DNA of 64,000 nt, taken from positions 20,667 to 84,666 of the forward strand of contig CBDDCJ010000029.1 in assembly GCA_965226205.1 (NCBI GenBank), read 5' to 3'. Below, piece by piece: positions 30,181-40,849 of this stretch. The notes under the pieces were generated by a model. It worked only from the letters and a program-made list of their open reading frames with translations. It was not told the DNA's origin and searched no databases. How positions within the stretch are numbered: the stretch's first letter is position 1; each line of letters starts with the position of its first letter. This DNA is from Opitutales bacterium. GTDB taxonomy: Bacteria; Verrucomicrobiota; Verrucomicrobiia; Opitutales; UBA2987. The position numbers and the translations under genes were made by a program.

Positions 30181-32097
30181 ATGCGTTTCCTTCACCAGTT
30201 AATTCTATTAATTTTCCTGGTTCTCTTAATGATGAGCAGCGGTTTGGCTGCGTAAGAGCTTCCTTCGCGTTTTTCGGGATTTCGTTTCAGCCGGAAGGCG
30301 GAGGTTGATGTATCTCAGCAGGAAGTCTGGCAAGCTTCAGAAGGATGGGTTTTTCAGGATGGGGTTTGGCGAGTGGACCAACCCGGAAGGCTTATAATTC
30401 CGTTTACTCCTTCCAATCGGGTAAAGTTTAAATTCGCAGTAGTTCTTTCTTCTTTTTCAGAACTCGGCTTGTATCTCGGTTTCAAGGAAGATAAAAAGAT
30501 GAAGCTCGACGGTGGTTGGAAGTCGCGCTACGGAGCTTATAACTTCCGCTGTGGACAGGGAAGGGGGGATCACTACAGCATCGAAAGTTTAGGCAAGAGA
30601 GGAGGGCGTATTTTTAGTGAAAGTTGGGAACCTGCGGGCGTTAAAAATGCCAACCCTCATATTTTTACAGTGGAGTTTGACGAAGGGATTTTAAGATTGG
30701 CGATTGACGGCATGGAAATAGTGAGTGGGTTCGACCAACATCCCCTGGCGCTTTTAAGCGCGCTCTCATTCAATGTGGAGGGTCCGATTGAGATTCGTCC
30801 CCTATCCCTAACTATAACACCTTCCGTTCTCAAAAGAATAACGCTCTATCATTGGGACGATACCCCTTTGAGTTTTACCGCCGGTGATTTTATTATCTGG
30901 ATTTCGGAGGATAATGAAACTTACCGAATGTATCGTGGCCCGTTAGTTTTCAATGATCAAATAGTTGAAAAAAAATCCGAGCCATTCACACCTGCGCCCG
31001 AAAAGCGATTTGGCTCACCCCGAAGTATGCGAACCTATCGTTTCTCAGATATGGACATTGATTCCCGCTATATGGTCATCGAGTTGAGGGCCGAATCCTC
31101 TGGTAACAAAATCGAAAATTATCTTTCAGCCTTTGTTGAAATTAAAAACGAAAAAGGAGAACGGATTCCGGTAACCTACGGTTTATCGGCCAGCATGCGT
31201 TTTGATCCCGATGCCGTGCAGCAGAGGGTGGGGGATTTCCGAAAAGCCGGTATCGCCTTCGATGCGGGAGAGCGCACCCGTTATGATCGTTGGACAGGCG
31301 GCGCGCGTTTGCAGCAATCACTAGGCCGAAGCCGGTTTTCGCTGGAGCCGGGAGGTTGGCTAGGGTTAGCAATGGGCCGCAACGAGTTTCCCACCGCCAC
31401 GGTCGATCCTAGCTTTCCCGAAGTGCGCATGTGGATAACTGAGCACGTAAGGAAGCTGATGGAACTGGGCGCTGACGGTGTCGATTTCCGCCTGGTTAAC
31501 CATACCGAATCGCTGGACTGGGAAAACTATGGTTTCAGCCAACCGGTAGTGGCGGAGTTCGGGAAACGTTATGGGATCGACATCACCCGTGAGAGCTTCG
31601 ACCGTTCACTTTGGGGAAAGCTTCGCGGTGAGTATATTGATATTCTTTTGCGTGAGATTAGCAAGAATGTTCACGCCTACGAGGGGACCTTTCAGATACA
31701 CATCGACCCTTTCATGGCTTTCGGCCCGGAAAGCAACTGCTATCACGAAACCTCCTGGAATTGGCCGTCCTGGATAAATGACGGGATAATCGATGAAATC
31801 ACCTTAAAGGAAGGCCCGGAGACTTTTTCCGCCATGGATGAGAACACTTTTTGGAATGAAATAATTCGCCGGGGGAGTGAAGCGAAGATACCGGTTTACG
31901 CCTGCAACGGCGATCTATTTGACACTCCCGAAACGCCCCTCGAATGGTATGAAAAAAGTTATCACGCAGGATTATCGGGGATCATTTTTTATGAAAGTTT
32001 CAAACTGGTTCATTTGCAAACAGACGGCAAGTTTGCCCTTAAAAACAAATCGTTTCACCTCTCCCTCAAACGATTCAGAGATAATATTGGAAAATAA
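30181..32097 (+). pseudogene. Secreted LamG/DUF1080-like plus glycoside-hydrolase-like TIM-barrel protein with an in-frame TAA after the signal peptide
   Basis: MRFLHQLILLIFLVLLMMSSGLAA, then TAA (30253-30255), is in the same frame as ELPSRF...GVWRVDQPGRL.. (ORF 30373..32097). The domain guesses are weak. Confidence 0.6.
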
Positions 32098-32132
32098 CAT
32101 GAATAATGGAACTAGCTATAGGCTTTCCACCG

Positions 32133-32927
32133 TTATTTAAAACCTTCCTCGCCTTCGCTGTGCAGGGAAGCGCCCTTTTGGCGGATATTTTCGCGAGCCT
32201 TCTCCACTGGAACATTTTGCGCTTTCATGACATCGCCCCAAGCTCCTTGAGGCGCAGCCCATCGGGCGGCATTGTAGAGGATGCGTTGAATCTGCTCGTT
32301 GTGGTATATTGGATAAGTTTCGTGGCCCGGCCGGAAGTAAAATATTTTGCCATTGCCCCTAAACCAGCAGCAGCCGGACCGAAACACTTCGCCCCCCTCG
32401 AACCATGAGATAAACACCTGCTCGTCCGGCACCGGTATGCCGAAAGGTTCGCCATACATTTCCGCATTTTCCAGCTCCACGCATTTCCCCACGCCCCGAA
32501 CAATGGGATGGCCGGGATTGACCACCCAGAGGCGTTCACGCTCCCCGGCTTCACGCCACTTGAGGGCGCAGGATGTCCCCATCAGCCGTTTGAATATTTT
32601 GGAAAAATGAGCCGAGTGGAGCGCAATCAATCCCATCCCGGCGAGGATGCGCTGCTGCACCCGATCGACTATTTTGTCATCGACTTCACCGTGCGCCCGG
32701 TGCCCCCACCAAAACAGGACATCCGTTTTTGCCAGGCGCTCCTCGCTTAGCCCATGTTCGGGCTGCTCCAAAGTAGCCGTGGAGACTTCCAGCAGCCCAT
32801 CGCTATCGCTGGAGCGCAACCCCACCGCAATGGCGTTATGAATACCATTGGGATAAATATTTTTGACGTCTTCATTCAACCGCTCGTGAACGTTTGCATT
32901 CCAGATAACAACTGATAATTTACTCAT
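32133..32927 (-). CDS. ThuA-domain protein (trehalose utilisation-like)
   Basis: 264 aa with [10 protein letters not shown]...[14 protein letters not shown], typical of ThuA. Confidence 0.8.
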   Translation of the reverse strand: MSKLSVVIWNANVHERLNEDVKNIYPNGIHNAIAVGLRSSDSDGLLEVSTATLEQPEHGLSEERLAKTDVLFWWGHRAHGEVDDKIVDRVQQRILAGMGLIALHSAHFSKIFKRLMGTSCALKWREAGERERLWVVNPGHPIVRGVGKCVELENAEMYGEPFGIPVPDEQVFISWFEGGEVFRSGCCWFRGNGKIFYFRPGHETYPIYHNEQIQRILYNAARWAAPQGAWGDVMKAQNVPVEKARENIRQKGASLHSEGEEGFK

Positions 32928-32985
32928 GGCGAAGTCGGGATATTATTCCAACTATTCTGGAGAATTAATAACCGCTGTCAATGGT

Positions 32986-33603
32986 TTATCCGATGCCTAA
33001 TTTTTCCAATTCAAGGGTAGCTTGATGGGTGTTTTGGAAATAGATGCCATTTATTCCCAACTGCCGGGCGGCCTCTATGTTTGCCGGGCGGTCGTCGAGA
33101 AAAACGCAGTTTTCGGGCGGTGTTTTTAATCTTTCCAGGGCAATGCGGTAAAGGGTTAAATCCGGTTTGATGACGCCGTGATGGCAGGAGATGACAATGT
33201 CGTGGAACAAGGCGTCAAAACCGTAGCGGTGACGGCGTTTTCGAGATATGGCGTGCGAGTCGTTGGATAAGATGAATATTTTAAAACCGTTTTCTTTCAG
33301 ATTCCGGGCCAGGGTTATACCGCCGGGGATTTCTTTAAAATAGCTTTCAAAACCGATGTCTTCCCCGGTTGCCTCTATGCCTACGGCGTTGAGAACCTCT
33401 TTCCAAAACAACTCTTCCTCCATTAAGCCGCGATCGACTATGGGCCGGCACTTTTTCCAGACGACGAACATGCGGCCGATCTCTCCGGGTTTTTCGTATT
33501 TAGCGGCCAGGTCGGCTATTTTATCGTCGATGAAGTCCACCAGCAAAACGCCGCCCACATCAAAAAGCACATTGGATATTTCCGGCACTTTTATACCTAA
33601 CAA
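32986..33603 (-). CDS. HAD-family hydrolase
   Basis: 205 aa with LFDVGGVLL (motif I), ILSNDSH and FLDDRPANIEAA. Confidence 0.85.
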   Translation of the reverse strand: MLGIKVPEISNVLFDVGGVLLVDFIDDKIADLAAKYEKPGEIGRMFVVWKKCRPIVDRGLMEEELFWKEVLNAVGIEATGEDIGFESYFKEIPGGITLARNLKENGFKIFILSNDSHAISRKRRHRYGFDALFHDIVISCHHGVIKPDLTLYRIALERLKTPPENCVFLDDRPANIEAARQLGINGIYFQNTHQATLELEKLGIG

Positions 33604-34120
33604 TAGCGGATTAATGACAAACTTACTTCAATACCACAGGGTCGTAAATGGAATCGATCTGGACTCCGTCAACATCATATTCAAGAACACGTTTGAGGTC
33701 GGCCAGTCCCCGCTGCAAGGGGTCGCCCGTTTTGTAATGTTTAAGGTTAATACTAACGATAACCATGAGCCCCATTTTGTGAAATCCCTCAACTTCCTCA
33801 CGGGTAAAATCTTCTCCGTGGTTGAATATGTAATAATACTTTTCGGGATCGCGCTCGGCTTTGATTCTCAGTTTGGCAGTTTCCAGAGGGTCTCGCCAGG
33901 CCACTTTGGCTTTTCCGAAAAACCAGTCAGATACCTTTTCCTGGTTATTAATGGGAATGCGATTCGTTAATATGAGCGCGCTTTCGATTCCCCGGCAGTA
34001 TTTCTCTATCAGCTTGTCGTCGGCGCCCTTGATGTCCACCATGAGATCGATGCGTCCGGCGCAGATGGCGGCATATTCTTCAAACGTTGGAATCTCTTCT
34101 CCGTTGCGCAGCAGTTTGAT

Positions 34121-34672
34121 TTAATTTCAGATACCCCGTAGCTTGCTACGGGGAGCGGTAACTTTATAACAGAGATGAATGAGCGAAGAGAAACGGGAGC
34201 ATTTGAGGCGCGCGAGCCATTGCGTGTGGCAGATCCACTACCATATGGTGTTCCCTGTGAAGTATCGGAAGATGCTCTTGGAAAGGCGGGTGCAAGAGGT
34301 GCTGAAAGAAACAAGCGTTGGGATAGCCGAGCGCTATGAAATAGAGATGGAAGCACTGGGAATGGATGGAGACCATGTGCATTTGCTGTGTGGAGCGCAT
34401 CCGAAAGAAGCACCCGGGCGAATCGTTCAGAAATATAAGAGCATAACGGCGCGGGAGATCTTTCGGCGCGAACCTTGGGTGAAGGAGAAGCTGTGGGGAG
34501 GGGAGTTTTGGAGTGACGGGTATTATGTTGGAACGGTAGGGGAGCGTGGGGATTGGGCCAGTGTGGAGGCCTACGTAAGAAAACAGGGCAAACCGAAGAA
34601 GCAGTTGCAACAATTGATGCTGTGGTGATCATGAATTTCTTTCTTAGATACCCCGTAGCTTGCTACGGGGTG
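34121..34672 (+). mobile_element. IS200/IS605-family element (tnpA only), 552 bp, no TSD
   Basis: The identical hairpin AGATACCCCGTAGCTTGCTACGGGG occurs near both ends in the same orientation (stems 34134-34153 and 34651-34670). Boundaries are inferred from host-gene continuity. Confidence 0.85.
34179..34628 (+). CDS. tnpA: IS200/IS605 Y1 (HUH) transposase
   Basis: 149 aa with WQIHYHMVFPVKYR, the HUH motif GDHVHLL and FWSDGYYVGTVG. Confidence 0.9.
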   Translation: MSEEKREHLRRASHCVWQIHYHMVFPVKYRKMLLERRVQEVLKETSVGIAERYEIEMEALGMDGDHVHLLCGAHPKEAPGRIVQKYKSITAREIFRREPWVKEKLWGGEFWSDGYYVGTVGERGDWASVEAYVRKQGKPKKQLQQLMLW

Positions 34673-35027
34673 TTTCATTTTCTTTATTTCGGCCAATGTT
34701 AGATCGGATATATTTTTATCCACCCCGGTTTCCCTTTTTAAACTGGCATCGTGAAAACAAATGACGTGGCCGTCTTTGGATATGCGCGCATCCACCTCCA
34801 AATGGGTATAGCCACGGGCAATGGCTTCCTCAAGACCCTCAATGCTGTTTTCGGCGATATTTTCATCCACCACTCCCCCAAGGTGGGCGATAAGAAGAAG
34901 GTTCTTCATTTTTCCCGCGCTCTTCGCCCACGCTTCTGGCCCGGCGCTCAATGCGAGCATGATTATACATAAAAATGAAAGGTAGGTCCGAAAGGTTAAT
35001 TTCATGATATTAGGTCTGTTTCCTGGT

Positions 35028-36485
35028 CAATACCATCCCATAGGGGCGAGGCAAGCTTCGTAACCCATTGATAATCAATGTGAGTTTTTGACTTTTGGGG
35101 GAATCGAATTTTTGAAATTTTATCACATGTTTCTCTTTTATTGCTTTTGCCACCTTGTGCTGTCCCATAGGTTTTCAACCAAACCCAGGGAAATAGGCCT
35201 GCTGGGGAGTCGCTCGCATTCTAAATCGTCCACCGGCTGTCCCATAGAAATCGAGCAAGTCCCGCAGGTTAAAGCGATCCCAAAGCACGTCTCTGACAAG
35301 TGTGAACAGGCGGACAAAACTATGCTCCCAGCGGCTCAACCAGGCCTGGAACCGGAGCAGCACATAGAGCAGCAAAGCGCTCCAAATCTGCCAGCGCACG
35401 GCATTGGCGCTATGGCCGAGGAAATCGCACAAGTTGAGCGTTTGTTTGATTTGGCGGAAGCAGGTTTCAATGGACCAGCGGCAGCGATACAGTTCGCTGA
35501 TCGTATGGGGCGACCACTGCAAATTATTAGTCAAAAATTCCATCACTCGCCACTGGCCATCAATCTCCACCCATGCCGTTACCCGGCGCATCGGCTGGGG
35601 ATAATCCTGACGGGATTTTTTGTTCTTAAGGACCACCAGATCATCGCGCAAAATATTGCCCTTGGGCTTCTTGAGCAGCCTCTTGACACAGCGCAAGGCC
35701 ATGTTCTTTTTGGCCCGGGTGACAAAGTAAATGCCCCTCGAGGACAAGTCAAAGAGGTGGGTCAAATCGATGTAGGCCTTGTCAAACAATACGATTTCAC
35801 CGGCTTTGAGGGCGGCGCACATTTCACGGGCTCGTTTGGCGTCATTGTCCCTGGCCGTGTCGATGATGGCAAACCGGGGCAGAAAACTTTTCAAATCCAG
35901 GCGCAAGTGACATTTGGCGGCCGCCTTTCGCCGACGATGTTTAGCCCAATCCATGCAGTTGGCGACCAAACCGATAGTGGACGAATCGACGATGTTGATA
36001 ACGCGTTTGAAACGTCGGGGAAACCCCTTGAATTTACCACCCGCAAACCCCGGAGACAACGACTGCAAGTGCTTGAGCACCGACCAAAACAGTTCTCCCG
36101 ACATCGCGGCATCGCGATGCTTGTTGGCGTAGGAAAGCCCGTTGCGACTGGGAGCGCTGGCCCCCCGGATACTGGCCAGCAACCCTCTGTGATGAGCGAG
36201 TCCGTCACAGACATCATTAAGCCCAATAGCATGAGTGATCTGAGCATAGAGCAAACTAACGATATGGCTCCATGGACTGAAACTGCGAGCTTTCTTATCG
36301 ACACCCTACTGGCGGGCCAACTTGGCCACCAGATGTCCCGGAATAAAATTGCAAAGCTGTCGCAGAACGCACACCTTGCATTTGGCTGGATTTGCTTTTT
36401 GTTTTTTCATAGTAACCTGCTTCTAGTGAAACAGGCGAACAAGAGCAATTCCAGCCGTTTTGCGTTATTTCCTATGGGATGCTAT
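35028..36485 (-). mobile_element. IS4-family element, transposase with in-frame TAG; 11-bp TSD TGTTTCCTGGT
   Basis: Direct repeats at 35017-35027 and 36486-36496. The ends share CATCCCATAGG (35034-35044, reverse complement at 36471-36481). The transposase runs 36410 down to 35175: MKKQKANPAKCKVCVLRQLCNFIPGHLVAKLARQ, then TAG (36306-36308), then GVDKKARSFSPWSHIVSLLYAQITHAIGLNDV... It has DKAY and YRCRWSIETCFRQIKQ. Confidence 0.85.
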
Positions 36486-37837
36486 TGTTTCCTGGTAATG
36501 GATTTATTCTTTTCTTTTTCCAAAAAATCTCCATTGCCGCCGATCAGGAGTGGTATGAGAATGAGGATGGCCGCCGCCGTGCAGCCAATCCATAACGCGA
36601 AAGTGCCTTGCCAGCCATATTTATCGGTAATCCAACCACTGAGGACGGAGGTCAGTACGGCTCCGAAATAACTCAAGGCGCCGGTCAACCCGACGGCGGA
36701 GGCGACCGCCCGGCGCGGGACCATGGCCAGGGGACCCAAACCAGTGCATACCATTTGAGCGCCGTAGATGAAAAACCCCGACAGCCCGAAAGCGACCGCG
36801 TCGAGCGTTCCGTATCCCTTGGGAATCAAAAAGATCAGGGCCAGGCTGGCGGTAACGCCGATCATATAAATCGCGGCCACGGCAAGGTTGCGCCTGATGA
36901 AATAACGGTCTGCAATAAATCCCGCCAGAATGGTTCCCGGTATCCCCATCAATTCCAGAAAACTCGATTTGAAACTGGCCCATCCGACGGAGGAGCCTTT
37001 CATCTCGTTAAGATAAGTAACGCCCCAGTCGCCCAGACCGTAACGCACCATGTAGATAAACATGCAGGCTATGCTGAGCACCCAAATCCGCGGGTTGGTG
37101 AGAACGTAGTTGCGGAAAATTTCCCAGGCTGTTTCGTCGGTGTCGTGCACGCTGTCCTTGGGCAGGTCCCCGTGGTATTCCTGAATGGGTGGCAGTCCAA
37201 CGGACTCGGGCCGGTCAAGCATCTTCCTGGCGAGGTAGAGGGAGCCCAGCAAACAGAAAATTCCAGGCATTAAAAAGCCCGCCTGCCAGCCCAGCCTTTC
37301 GACCAGAAATCCACCGACCATTAATATACAAAAAGCTCCCAGGTTGTGGCAGGTATTCCAGACCCCGTAATAACGGCCTCTCTCTTTGGCGCTGAACCAG
37401 TTGGCAATGGTTTTCGGCCCGACCGGGCTTCCCATCGATTGAAAATAACCATTGAGAATCCAGAAGAGCCCGAAAAAAAGAAGGGAGTGGCTGATGCCGA
37501 AACATAGATTTACCAAGGCCGCCCCACCCAGACCGGCAGCCATGAACATGCGCGGGTTGGAGCGATCGCAAAGCGGCCCGTTGATGAGCTTGGCAATGGC
37601 ATAGGTGGCGCTGAAAAGGGATAATACGATACCCATTTGCGCCTTGCTGACCTCTAGATCCTCCATCAGCAAGGGGAGGGCAGGAGCGATATTTTTGCGG
37701 ATCAGGTAGTAAAAGGCGTAGCCCAGATAAACGGCGGTGAAGACCTGAATGCGCCTCTGGCGATAAGTCTTCGGAACCAGCTCCTCCGGCAGACGCTCAA
37801 TCGCTGGTGCCTTCCTCATGAAGTCAAACAATTTCAC
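36482..37837 (-). CDS. MFS organophosphate:phosphate antiporter (GlpT/UhpC-like)
   Basis: 451 aa with YRQRRIQVFTAVYLGYAFYYLIRKNIAPALP..., a GlpT/UhpC-type N-terminus. The last codon and the stop are now supplied by the IS4 end (originally ..TRKQT-TAA, judged from the left copy of the TSD). Confidence 0.8.
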   Translation of the reverse strand: MKLFDFMRKAPAIERLPEELVPKTYRQRRIQVFTAVYLGYAFYYLIRKNIAPALPLLMEDLEVSKAQMGIVLSLFSATYAIAKLINGPLCDRSNPRMFMAAGLGGAALVNLCFGISHSLLFFGLFWILNGYFQSMGSPVGPKTIANWFSAKERGRYYGVWNTCHNLGAFCILMVGGFLVERLGWQAGFLMPGIFCLLGSLYLARKMLDRPESVGLPPIQEYHGDLPKDSVHDTDETAWEIFRNYVLTNPRIWVLSIACMFIYMVRYGLGDWGVTYLNEMKGSSVGWASFKSSFLELMGIPGTILAGFIADRYFIRRNLAVAAIYMIGVTASLALIFLIPKGYGTLDAVAFGLSGFFIYGAQMVCTGLGPLAMVPRRAVASAVGLTGALSYFGAVLTSVLSGWITDKYGWQGTFALWIGCTAAAILILIPLLIGGNGDFLEKEKNKSITRKQ

Positions 37838-37841
37838 CTTT

Positions 37842-38867
37842 TCACGAATCTATTTCGTTTAAATTGACGGGGCGGTTTTCCTCCCAGGATTTTCGGGCGG
37901 CCAGGCCCATGACCACCGGCAGGCGGCCCTCCTGCCCGGAAACAGCGGGCGGCGTGTCTCGCCGCAGGCAGTGAACGAACTCCCGCATCTCGGCGATATA
38001 GGATTCATGGTAGCGTTCCAAAAAGAAATAATGGGGAAGGGCGGTATGGACGCCCTCCTTGTTGCTGTAAACGTGCTGATCGGACGTGTTGTTGCCGATG
38101 GCCACCATGCCCCCCGATCCAAACACCTCCACCCTCTGATCATAACCGTAAACAGCCTGGCGGCTATTGTCGATCACGCCGATGGCGCCACCCTCGAATC
38201 GAAGGGTAATGGCTGCCGTGTCGATGTCCCCGGCGGTCCCGATGGCGGCATCCACGAGAACACTGCCAGCGGCGTAAATTTCCGTTACCGGGCGCTGCAT
38301 GAGGAATGAAGCCATGTCGAAATCGTGAATCGTCATATCCAGAAAAATCCCTCCCGATACTTTAATGTATTCAAGCGGCGGCGGGGCGGGGTCCCGGCTG
38401 GTAATGCGGAGCAGGTGGGGAGTGCCGATTTTCCCGTCCTCCACCAATTGCCTGGCTTTTTGAAAATTGGGGTCGAAACGCCGGTTAAACCCAATTTGCA
38501 GCTTGATTCCCGCCTTCTTTACCGCAGCCAGCGCACGGTCGATTTTTTCAAGGCCGAAATCGATCGGTTTCTCGCAAAAAATGTCTTTGCCGGCCTCGGC
38601 GGCGGCTTCGATGATGGCGGAGTGGGTATCGGTGGCGGAGCAGATGGCGACCGCGTCGATGGCCGGGTTTTCAAGCAAGACCCGATAATCCTGGACGGCC
38701 ATGGGAACCTTAAACTTTTCCACGATTTCCTCTGCGGTCTCTATGCAAACATCGGCAATGGCTGAGAGCCTGACTCCTTCTATATGCCGCGTGAGGTTTT
38801 CGGCATGCAACCGGCCAATGCGCCCGGCTCCAATCAGGCCGATGTTGATCCATTTACCGGTTTTCAT
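37842..38867 (-). CDS. Gfo/Idh/MocA oxidoreductase (inositol 2-dehydrogenase-like)
   Basis: 341 aa with IGLIGAGRIGRLHA and FCEKPI. Confidence 0.8.
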   Translation of the reverse strand: MKTGKWINIGLIGAGRIGRLHAENLTRHIEGVRLSAIADVCIETAEEIVEKFKVPMAVQDYRVLLENPAIDAVAICSATDTHSAIIEAAAEAGKDIFCEKPIDFGLEKIDRALAAVKKAGIKLQIGFNRRFDPNFQKARQLVEDGKIGTPHLLRITSRDPAPPPLEYIKVSGGIFLDMTIHDFDMASFLMQRPVTEIYAAGSVLVDAAIGTAGDIDTAAITLRFEGGAIGVIDNSRQAVYGYDQRVEVFGSGGMVAIGNNTSDQHVYSNKEGVHTALPHYFFLERYHESYIAEMREFVHCLRRDTPPAVSGQEGRLPVVMGLAARKSWEENRPVNLNEIDS

Positions 38868-38934
38868 GAATACGACTGCATTCGTTCATTCAGCGAAACG
38901 TCTTTATTGGCAAGTGATTATGGATGGGCCTGAA

Positions 38935-39354
38935 CTATTCCCCGGCGAAACTGAGTATGATCTTGCGGGTGTGAGGGTGGGACCTGTGTTCCCATAAAAA
39001 TACTCCCTGCCAGGTACCCAGAGCCAGTTTTCCTTCGGCAAAGGGAATTACTTCGGTGGTGCGGGTGAGGGCCATTTTTATATGGCTGGGCATGTCGTCG
39101 GGGCCTTCCAGTGTGTGGATGAAATCCGGGTCTCCCTCGGGAACCAGTTTTTCCATAAACATTGCCAGGTCACGGCGGGCGGAGGGATCGGCATTTTCCA
39201 TGATGACCAGGCTGCAACTGGTGTGCCGGCAAAAAACCGTCACGGTTCCCACCCGCAGGCCGGCGCGGGACAGCTCGCGCTCGATCTCCGCGGTCATCTC
39301 GTAGGTGCCTTTGCCTTTTGTCCGAAAAGCCAACGAGGAAGTTGAAAAAGACAT
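38935..39354 (-). CDS. YjbQ/UPF0047 family protein
   Basis: 139 aa with the HTSCSLVIMENADP....HIKMAL pattern typical of YjbQ. Confidence 0.75.
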   Translation of the reverse strand: MSFSTSSLAFRTKGKGTYEMTAEIERELSRAGLRVGTVTVFCRHTSCSLVIMENADPSARRDLAMFMEKLVPEGDPDFIHTLEGPDDMPSHIKMALTRTTEVIPFAEGKLALGTWQGVFLWEHRSHPHTRKIILSFAGE

Positions 39355-39366
39355 TGCGGAAAGGGT

Positions 39367-40809
39367 TTATGCCTTGGGCCTAACCATTTCGATGGGCCGC
39401 AATGCCTTGTCCAGGGTGGCTTCGTCCAAAAAGCCGTTTTCGAGGACGACCTGGCGGAGGGTTTTGTTTTCCGCGAAGGCCGTTTTGGCCACTTCGGCCG
39501 CTTTGTCGTAGCCGATGTGGGGATTGAGGGCGGTGACCAGCATGAGTGAACTGTCCACGAGTTCCCGGCAGCGTTCCTGGTTGACTTCGAGGCCCTCAAC
39601 ACAGCGTTCGGCAAATACCACTGCGCCATTGCTGAGGCAGGTGATCGATTCGTGCAGGGAATGGGCTATCAATGGAATGGTGACGTTGAGCTCGAAATGT
39701 CCGTCGCGGCCGCAAAGGGTGACGCAATGGCAGAGGCCCATGCAATAAATGGAGGCCTGCACCAGCATTTCACTCATGACCGGGTTTATCTTGCCCGGCA
39801 TGATGGAGGAGCCGGGCTGGGTGGCCGGGAGGGTCAATTCCCCAAGACCGGAACGCGGGCCGGAGCCGAGCAGCCGGATGTCGTTGGCCACCTTGGTCAG
39901 GCTGGCCGCGATGGTGTTAATGTAACCGGCGGCTTCCACGCAATCGTCCCGCCCCCCCTGGGCCTCAAAATGATTGTCCGCCTCCCGAAACGGGATGCCT
40001 GTGGTTTCGGACAAAATCCGGCATACTATGCCGGCGAATTCTGGGTGGGTGTTGATGCCGGTTCCCACGGCGGTGCCTCCGATGGCCAGTTCGGTCAAAA
40101 CTTCCCGCGCCTTGACGGCGCGTAGACTACCCTTGCGGACCTGGGCGGCATAGCCGGAAAATTCCTGGCCGAGGGTCAAGGGGGTGGCATCCATTAAATG
40201 GGTTCGGCCGATTTTAACGATATTCTTCCAGGCTTCCGATTTTTCATTGAGGGCGGAGGCCAGTTTATCCAGAGCCGGTATGAGCTTTTCCTTGAGGGCG
40301 AGGGCCAGGCTGAGGTGCAAAACGGTGGGGATGATATCGTTGGAGGATTGCCCCAAATTCACATCGTCATTGGGATGGATGGGGTCTTTCGACCCGATGG
40401 GTTTTCCCGCCAGTTGGCTGCAACGGTTGGCGATTACCTCGTTGGCATTCATGTTGGAGGAGGTGCCGGAGCCGGTCTGAAAAACATCGACGGGGAAATG
40501 TTCATTCAGGAGGCCCTGGGAGATCTCTTTGGAAGCCTCCATAATGAGGTTTCCTTTTTCTCTGCTCAGGCGCCCCAGTTCCATATTGGCGGCGGCGCAG
40601 GCCGATTTTATGATGCCCAGGCCGCGTATGAAATCGCCCGGCATACGGTGTCCGCTAATGGGAAAATTAAGCACGGCCCGCTGGGTGGAAGCCCCATAAA
40701 GGGCACCCTCGGGCACCTCCAGCGGACCCATGGAATCTCTTTCCATTCTCACTTTTCTGCCTACCGAATCCTTCCCTAAATTTGCATTCATGATTCCACA
40801 ATATACCAT
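39367..40809 (-). CDS. fumC: Class II fumarate hydratase (aspartase/fumarase superfamily)
   Basis: GSSIMPGKINP signature, SSNDIIPT and GGTAVGTGINTHPEF. The true start is probably internal (..MERDSMGPLEVP..). Confidence 0.8.
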   Translation of the reverse strand: MVYCGIMNANLGKDSVGRKVRMERDSMGPLEVPEGALYGASTQRAVLNFPISGHRMPGDFIRGLGIIKSACAAANMELGRLSREKGNLIMEASKEISQGLLNEHFPVDVFQTGSGTSSNMNANEVIANRCSQLAGKPIGSKDPIHPNDDVNLGQSSNDIIPTVLHLSLALALKEKLIPALDKLASALNEKSEAWKNIVKIGRTHLMDATPLTLGQEFSGYAAQVRKGSLRAVKAREVLTELAIGGTAVGTGINTHPEFAGIVCRILSETTGIPFREADNHFEAQGGRDDCVEAAGYINTIAASLTKVANDIRLLGSGPRSGLGELTLPATQPGSSIMPGKINPVMSEMLVQASIYCMGLCHCVTLCGRDGHFELNVTIPLIAHSLHESITCLSNGAVVFAERCVEGLEVNQERCRELVDSSLMLVTALNPHIGYDKAAEVAKTAFAENKTLRQVVLENGFLDEATLDKALRPIEMVRPKA

Positions 40810-40849
40810 ACTCTATTGTTTACTATATAGAAATATTTTTTTAAAAAAC

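Larger units (their letters stand above)
33623..35005 (-). pseudogene. Glycerophosphodiester phosphodiesterase (GlpQ/UgpQ-like) split by an IS200-type element
   Basis: The N part has a signal peptide followed by IAHLGG..ENSIEGLEEAIARGYTHLEVDARISKDGHVICFHD..LAEIKKMK. The C part continues IKLLRNGEEIPTFEEYAAICAGRIDLMVDIKG.. The two parts are in the same frame and exactly 552 bp apart. Confidence 0.85.

Noticed and set aside
35088-36671. 527-aa plus-strand ORF, the longest in this region
   Set aside because: It is antisense to the IS4-family transposase and to the 3' end of the MFS gene. It has low-complexity composition and no recognisable motif. The opposite strand has clear homology.
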